11,573 nt of DNA from a virus (taxonomy: Duplodnaviria; Heunggongvirae; Uroviricota; Caudoviricetes), in the IMG/VR virus record IMGVR_UViG_2703718806_000003; one strand, written 5' to 3'. The notes beneath the pieces were generated by a model. It was not told the DNA's origin. It did no database searches and was given only the letters and a program-made list of their open reading frames with translations. Positions 7,904-11,573 of this stretch are shown here, one piece after another. The translations under genes were made by a program, and so were the position numbers. Position 1 is the first letter of the stretch, and each line of letters opens with the position of its first letter.

Positions 7904-8278
7904 ATGGCAACGAAAGAGCAAAATCTGAAACGGCTTGATGAACTGGCCCTGATTCTGGGGCGTGAGCCGGATATTTCCGGGAGTGCCGCAGAGATAGCGC
8001 AGCGGGTGGCAGAATGGGAAGAGGAAATGCAGTCATCCGGCGATGATGTACAGGTTATGAATATGGATATCCGGGAGCGGGAAACCGCGGCTCATGATGT
8101 TCGTGGGGAAACATCCGGCGCGTTAACGCGCATCAGAGTTCTGACCTGCCTCCATCTCTGTGGCGTTGATGGTGAAACGGGGGAATCCGTTGAGCTTGCG
8201 GATGTTGGTCGGGTGATTCTGATTATGTCCTCAGATGCAAAAACACACGTTGATGGTGGAATGGCTGTTTATGCGTGA
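7904..8278 (+). CDS. FI: DNA-packaging accessory / head assembly protein (lambda gpFI homologue), ~124 aa from ATG 7904
   Basis: Position between E and FII, size near lambda gpFI (~132 aa), and an acidic N-terminal half (EWEEEMQSSGDD) are consistent. GGGGG lies about 8 nt upstream of ATG 7904. Sequence similarity to lambda FI is weak by eye, so the call rests mostly on synteny and size. The ORF-track start GTG 7856 would lie inside the terminator hairpin and is not preferred. Confidence 0.75.
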   Translation: MATKEQNLKRLDELALILGREPDISGSAAEIAQRVAEWEEEMQSSGDDVQVMNMDIRERETAAHDVRGETSGALTRIRVLTCLHLCGVDGETGESVELADVGRVILIMSSDAKTHVDGGMAVYA

Positions 8279-8624
8279 TTTTCAGAATGCCTTTGATGCC
8301 GCCCTTGCGGGGGTGGACAGCACGATTGTTGAAGTGATGGGGCTCTGTGCGCAGTTCACCTCGGGGGCACAGTGTGGCAGCGAAGTTCAGGGGGTTTTTG
8401 ACGATCCTGAGTCGCTGGGTTTTGCCGGTAGCGGGGTCCGTATTGAAGGAAGCAGCCCGTCATTATTTGTGCGGACGGATACGGTATGTTTCGTGCGGCG
8501 TGGTGACACGCTGACCATTAATGGTGAGACATTCTGGGTGGATCGTGTTTCTCCGGATGACGGGGGCAGTTGTTATCTCTGGCTGAACCGTGGGCAACCA
8601 CCCGCAGTTAACCGGCGACGATAA
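8271..8624 (+). CDS. FII: Head-tail connector / tail attachment protein (lambda gpFII homologue), 117 aa from ATG 8271
   Basis: Translation from MRDFQNAFDAALAG... contains GVFDDPES, GVRIEGSSPSLFVRTD, RRGDTLTI, FWVDRVSPDDGGSC.LWL.RG.PPAVNRRR, nearly identical to recalled lambda gpFII. The length of 117 aa equals lambda gpFII. The start overlaps the FI stop. The ORF-track start at 8235 would add 12 residues absent from lambda. Confidence 0.9.
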   Translation: MRDFQNAFDAALAGVDSTIVEVMGLCAQFTSGAQCGSEVQGVFDDPESLGFAGSGVRIEGSSPSLFVRTDTVCFVRRGDTLTINGETFWVDRVSPDDGGSCYLWLNRGQPPAVNRRR

Positions 8625-8638
8625 ACGCAGGGTGAATT

Positions 8639-9214
8639 ATGGCGATAAAAGGGCTTGATCAGGCGATTGACAATCTGAGCCGGGTTCGTAAAAACGCCAT
8701 TCCGGCGGCTTCTGCAATGACCATTAACCGCGTGGCCACAACGGCGATTAATCAGTCTTCGTCACAGGTTGCCCGGGAAACCAGGGTGAGACGGAAACTG
8801 GTTAAGGAACGGTCCAGACTGAAACGGGCCACGGTCAGAAATCCGAATGCCAGAATTATCGTTAACCGCGGTGATCTCCCTGTTATTAAGCTGGGGATCA
8901 GAATGCTGGGGCGTCGTCCGGACAGCATACTCAAAGCCGGTCAGCATCGTTATCAGCGGGCATTTATCCAGCGATTAAATAATGGGCGCTGGCATGTTAT
9001 GCAACGTCTTCCCCAGGCCAGATATGAGGAGGGCAATGATGACAAGGGCAGGAAAAAGCGTAATCGCCTTCCCATTCAGGTGGTGAAAATCCCGATGGCG
9101 GCCCCACTGAAACAGGCGTTTGATGAAAACGTTGACCGTATCCGTCGTGAACGCCTGCCCAAAGAACTGGCATATGCGCTGAAACAACAACTGAGGATTG
9201 CGATAAAACGATGA
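8639..9214 (+). CDS. Z: Tail completion protein (lambda gpZ homologue), 191 aa
   Basis: Translation MAIKGLDQAIDNLSRV...INRVA..AI.QS.SQVARET.VRRKLVKER.RLKRATV.NP.ARI.VNRGDLPVIKLG...NGRWHVMQR...VVKIPMA.PL..AF..N..RIRRERLPKEL.YAL..QLR..IKR is nearly collinear with lambda gpZ (~192 aa). Confidence 0.94.
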   Translation: MAIKGLDQAIDNLSRVRKNAIPAASAMTINRVATTAINQSSSQVARETRVRRKLVKERSRLKRATVRNPNARIIVNRGDLPVIKLGIRMLGRRPDSILKAGQHRYQRAFIQRLNNGRWHVMQRLPQARYEEGNDDKGRKKRNRLPIQVVKIPMAAPLKQAFDENVDRIRRERLPKELAYALKQQLRIAIKR

Positions 9215-9606
9215 AACATACTGATATTCGTGCCGCCGTGCTGGATGCACTCGAGCAGCATGAACACGGGGCGACGCTGTTTGATGGTCGCCCCGTTGTT
9301 TTTGACGAAGAGGATTTTCCCGCGATCGCGGTTTATCTGACGGATGCAGAGTATACCGGTGAAGAGCTGGATGCAGATACCTGGCGGGCCACACTGCATA
9401 TTGAGGTGTTTTTACCGGCACAGGTACCGGATTCAGAGCTTGATCTGTGGATGGAAAGCCGGATTTACCCGGCGATAACTGCGATCCCGGCACTGGCAGG
9501 CCTGATTACCACAATGGTTACGCAGGGCTATGAGTATCGTCGTGATGACGATATGGCGTTATGGAGTTCTGCGGATCTGACTTATTCCATTACATACGAG
9601 ATGTGA
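9211..9606 (+). CDS. U: Tail tube terminator protein (lambda gpU homologue), 131 aa
   Basis: Translation [75 protein letters not shown]...[31 protein letters not shown] matches lambda gpU (131 aa). An ATGA overlap couples it to the Z stop. Confidence 0.95.
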   Translation: MKHTDIRAAVLDALEQHEHGATLFDGRPVVFDEEDFPAIAVYLTDAEYTGEELDADTWRATLHIEVFLPAQVPDSELDLWMESRIYPAITAIPALAGLITTMVTQGYEYRRDDDMALWSSADLTYSITYEM

Positions 9607-9613
9607 GGACGAT

Positions 9614-10363
9614 ATGGCAACACCAAATCCCCTTGAGCCGGTGAAAGGTTCCGGCACCACGCTATGGGTGTACACCGGCACTGGTGATGCTTATGCAAAC
9701 CCGTTGTCAGACGATGACTGGCAGCGACTGGCGAAGGTGAAGGATCTGACCCCCGGCGAGATGACGGCGGAATCCTACGATGATAACTATCTGGATGATG
9801 AGGATGCTGACTGGGTATCCACCGGGCAGGGGCAGAAATCTGCCGGTGACACCAGTTTTACGCTGGCCTGGAAGCCGGGTGAGAAAGGGCAGCGCGATTT
9901 GATTGCCTGGTTTGACAGCAGTGAGACCCGGGCCTACAAAATTCGCTTCCCGAACGGTACGGTGGATGTGTTCCGTGGCTGGGTGAGCGCCATTGGTAAA
10001 GCGGTGACCGCCAAAGAGGTGATCACCCGTACGGTAAAAATCACCAATATCGGTCGTCCGTCGCTGGCGGAAGATCAGGGGGACATCACACCGGTCACCG
10101 GTATTACCGTGACGCCACCAACGGGCAATGTGGCAAAAGGTCAGAATATCACCCTGACCGTGGCTGTTCAGCCGGAAGGGGCGACGGATAAAACCTTCCG
10201 TGCCACGTCGGCGAATCAGAATTTTGCGACAATTACCGTGAAAGGGAACACGATCACCGTGAAAGGTGTTGCGGCAGGTAAAGCGCAGATCCCTGTGGTT
10301 ACCGGTAATGGTGAGTTTGCGGCAGTGGCGGAGATCACCGTCACGGATGGTGCAGCGGGTTAA
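9614..10363 (+). CDS. V: Major tail tube protein (lambda gpV homologue) with C-terminal Ig-like (Big_2-type) domain, 249 aa
   Basis: Position after U and size near lambda gpV (~246 aa). The C-terminal third ([33 protein letters not shown]...[35 protein letters not shown]) has the beta-rich alternating pattern of the bacterial Ig-like domain found at the gpV C-terminus. A GAGGA ribosome-binding site precedes ATG 9614. Confidence 0.94.
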   Translation: MATPNPLEPVKGSGTTLWVYTGTGDAYANPLSDDDWQRLAKVKDLTPGEMTAESYDDNYLDDEDADWVSTGQGQKSAGDTSFTLAWKPGEKGQRDLIAWFDSSETRAYKIRFPNGTVDVFRGWVSAIGKAVTAKEVITRTVKITNIGRPSLAEDQGDITPVTGITVTPPTGNVAKGQNITLTVAVQPEGATDKTFRATSANQNFATITVKGNTITVKGVAAGKAQIPVVTGNGEFAAVAEITVTDGAAG

Positions 10364-10382
10364 GCTGAGGGAGTGATAAAGC

Positions 10383-10814
10383 ATGTTTCTGAAAACAGAA
10401 CAATTTGAATATAACGGTGTGTCTGTCACGCTTTCTGAGCTGTCTGCGCTGCAGCGTATTGAGCATCTTGCCCTCCTGAAACGGCGGGCAGAAGAGGCTG
10501 AAGCCAGCGGTAACCTGCAGGTGAGCGTGGAGGACCTTGTCAGAACCGGGGCGTTTCTGGTGGCGATGTCCCTGTGGCATAACCATCCACAGAAAACGGC
10601 GTCACCGTCAATGAATGAGGCCGTGATGAAGATAGAGCAGGAAGTGCTCACCACCTGGCCTGCCGATGCCATTGCCCGGGCGGAAGACGTTGTGTTGTGC
10701 CTGTCCGGGATGATCGAAGCTGTTCGTCCGGATACTGATATCACCGAAGTGGCGAAAAATAACGCGCTGACTGATGATGATTTTTCTGCGGGAAAGTCTT
10801 CGACGGCGAGCTGA
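10383..10814 (+). CDS. G: Tail assembly chaperone (lambda gpG homologue), 143 aa
   Basis: Translation MFLKTEQFEYNGVSVTLSELSALQRIEHLALLKRRAE...RTGAFLVAMSLWHNHPQKT..PSMNEAV..IEQEVLTTWP is nearly identical to recalled lambda gpG (MFLKTESFEHNGVTVTLSELSALQRIEHLALMKRQAE...). Confidence 0.95.
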   Translation: MFLKTEQFEYNGVSVTLSELSALQRIEHLALLKRRAEEAEASGNLQVSVEDLVRTGAFLVAMSLWHNHPQKTASPSMNEAVMKIEQEVLTTWPADAIARAEDVVLCLSGMIEAVRPDTDITEVAKNNALTDDDFSAGKSSTAS

Positions 10815-11254
10815 ACTTTGCCCTCAGACTGGCGCGTGAGATGGGGAGACCCGACTGGCGCGCCATGCTTGCCGGGATGACATCCACCGAATATGCCGAC
10901 TGGCGACGTTTTTACCGCACGCATTATTTTCACGATACCCAGCTGGATATGCATTTTTCCGGGCTGACGTACGCCGTACTCAGCCTGTTTTTTTGCGATC
11001 CGGATATGCATCCCTCGGATTTCAGTCTGCTTGTCCCCCGGCGTGAGGAAGCGCAGACGGAGAGGCCGGATGAGGAAGACATGCTGATGCAGAAAGCGGC
11101 AGGACTTGCCGGAGGCGTCCGGTTCGGTGGGGAGGGAGGGGGCGATATTTCACCTTCTGCGGATGTGGTGGATGTCAGCGAGGATGATGTTGCATTAATG
11201 ATGGCTTCAGCGGGGATTTCCGGAGGTGTGAGATATGTCCCAGCCGGTTGGTGA
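10383..11254 (+). CDS. T: Tail assembly chaperone G-T fusion produced by -1 frameshift at 10790-10796; the T-frame portion ends at 11254
   Basis: The -1 frame downstream of the slippery site reads VFDGELNFALRLAREMGRPDWRAMLAGMTSTEYADW.RFY.THYFHD..LDMHFSGLTY.VLSLFF.DPDMHP.DFSLL...QKAAGLAGGVRFG, matching the T portion of recalled lambda gpGT. The T frame has no plausible independent start with a ribosome-binding site. Coordinates span both frames; the feature is not a single continuous reading frame. Confidence 0.85.
10790..10796 (+). promoter_or_regulatory. Programmed -1 ribosomal frameshift slippery heptamer G_GGA_AAG at the 3' end of G
   Basis: Read directly: gcGGGAAAGtc, with GGA and AAG in the G zero frame (10791 and 10794 are codon first positions). 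This is the same heptamer used for lambda G-T frameshifting. The -1 frame continues open from here into the T ORF. Confidence 0.85.
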
Positions 11255-11573
11255 TCTTGTTATTGACCTGAGTCTGGATGCGGTCCGTTTCGATGAGCAG
11301 ATGACCCGCGTAAGGCGTCATTTTTCAGGACTGGAGACTGACGCCAGAAAAACCGCCACTGCTGTTGAGCAGGGGCTGAGCCGCCAGGCGCTGGCTGCAC
11401 AAAAAGCCGGGATGTCCGTCGGGCAGTATAAAGCCGCCATGCGTATGCTACCCATGCAGTTCACCGACGTGGCCACGCAGCTTGCCGGTGGTCAGAATCC
11501 CTGGCTCATCCTGCTGCAACAGGGCGGTCAGGTGAAGGACTCATTCGGCGGGATGATCCCCATGTTCCGGGGG
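11235..11573 (+). CDS. H: Tail tape measure protein (lambda gpH homologue), 5' partial; continues beyond window end
   Basis: Translation from ATG 11235 is MSQPVGDLVIDLSLDAVRFDEQMTRVRRHFSG...QALAAQKAGMSVGQYKAAMRMLPMQFTDVATQLAGGQNPWLILLQQGGQVKDSFGGMIPMFRG, nearly identical to the recalled lambda gpH N-terminus. GGAGG at 11223-11227 sits 7 nt upstream. There is no stop before the window edge. Confidence 0.93.
   Translation, partial: MSQPVGDLVIDLSLDAVRFDEQMTRVRRHFSGLETDARKTATAVEQGLSRQALAAQKAGMSVGQYKAAMRMLPMQFTDVATQLAGGQNPWLILLQQGGQVKDSFGGMIPMFRG

Noticed and set aside
8235-8270. ATG 8235 as start of FII (ORF-track start)
   Set aside because: Lambda FII begins at the residue equivalent to ATG 8271 (M-D-F...). 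The 12 extra residues lie inside the FI coding region in another frame.
9707-11011. Minus-strand ORF of 434 aa
   Set aside because: It lies entirely antisense to V, G and T, which have strong lambda homology and proper ribosome-binding sites. Its translation is Arg/Cys/His-rich and low in complexity, typical of a shadow ORF in GC-rich coding DNA.
10841-11254. T as an independent 137-aa CDS starting at ATG 10841
   Set aside because: The T frame is open from the slippery site at 10790-10796 and matches lambda T before residue M 10841. There is no ribosome-binding site at 10841. It is expressed as the G-T frameshift fusion.
1-11573. Search for a defence system, CRISPR array, toxin-antitoxin pair, integrase/attachment site or tRNA
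   Set aside because: No direct-repeat/spacer array, tRNA-like cloverleaf region or unassigned gene cluster was seen. Every ORF with credible coding signal between 661 and 11573 is accounted for by a lambda structural homologue. I cannot support a novel system in this window from sequence alone.

Overview
This window is the left-arm morphogenesis module of a lambda-like (lambdoid) siphovirus of Enterobacteriaceae, as a prophage or a genome not linearised at cos. It contains a complete cos packaging site (cosN GGGCGGCGACCT at 480-491 plus a cosB-like region) followed on the + strand by collinear homologues of lambda Nu1, A, W, B, C (with nested Nu3), D, E, FI, FII, Z, U, V, G, the G-T -1 frameshift product, and the 5' end of H (runs off the window). 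Gene calls rest on recalled similarity of the translated ORFs to lambda proteins, conserved order, ribosome-binding sites and lambda-style start/stop overlaps; no alignment or database search was run. I found no defence system, CRISPR array, toxin-antitoxin pair, tRNA or inserted moron between Nu1 and H. The points worth a second look are smaller: an enlarged C/Nu3 scaffold region with three tandem repeats, a terminator-like hairpin directly after the major capsid gene, a cosB whose repeat elements differ from lambda alongside a diverged Nu1 N-terminus, and about 480 bp upstream of cosN that I cannot assign. All large minus-strand ORFs are antisense shadows of the plus-strand genes.
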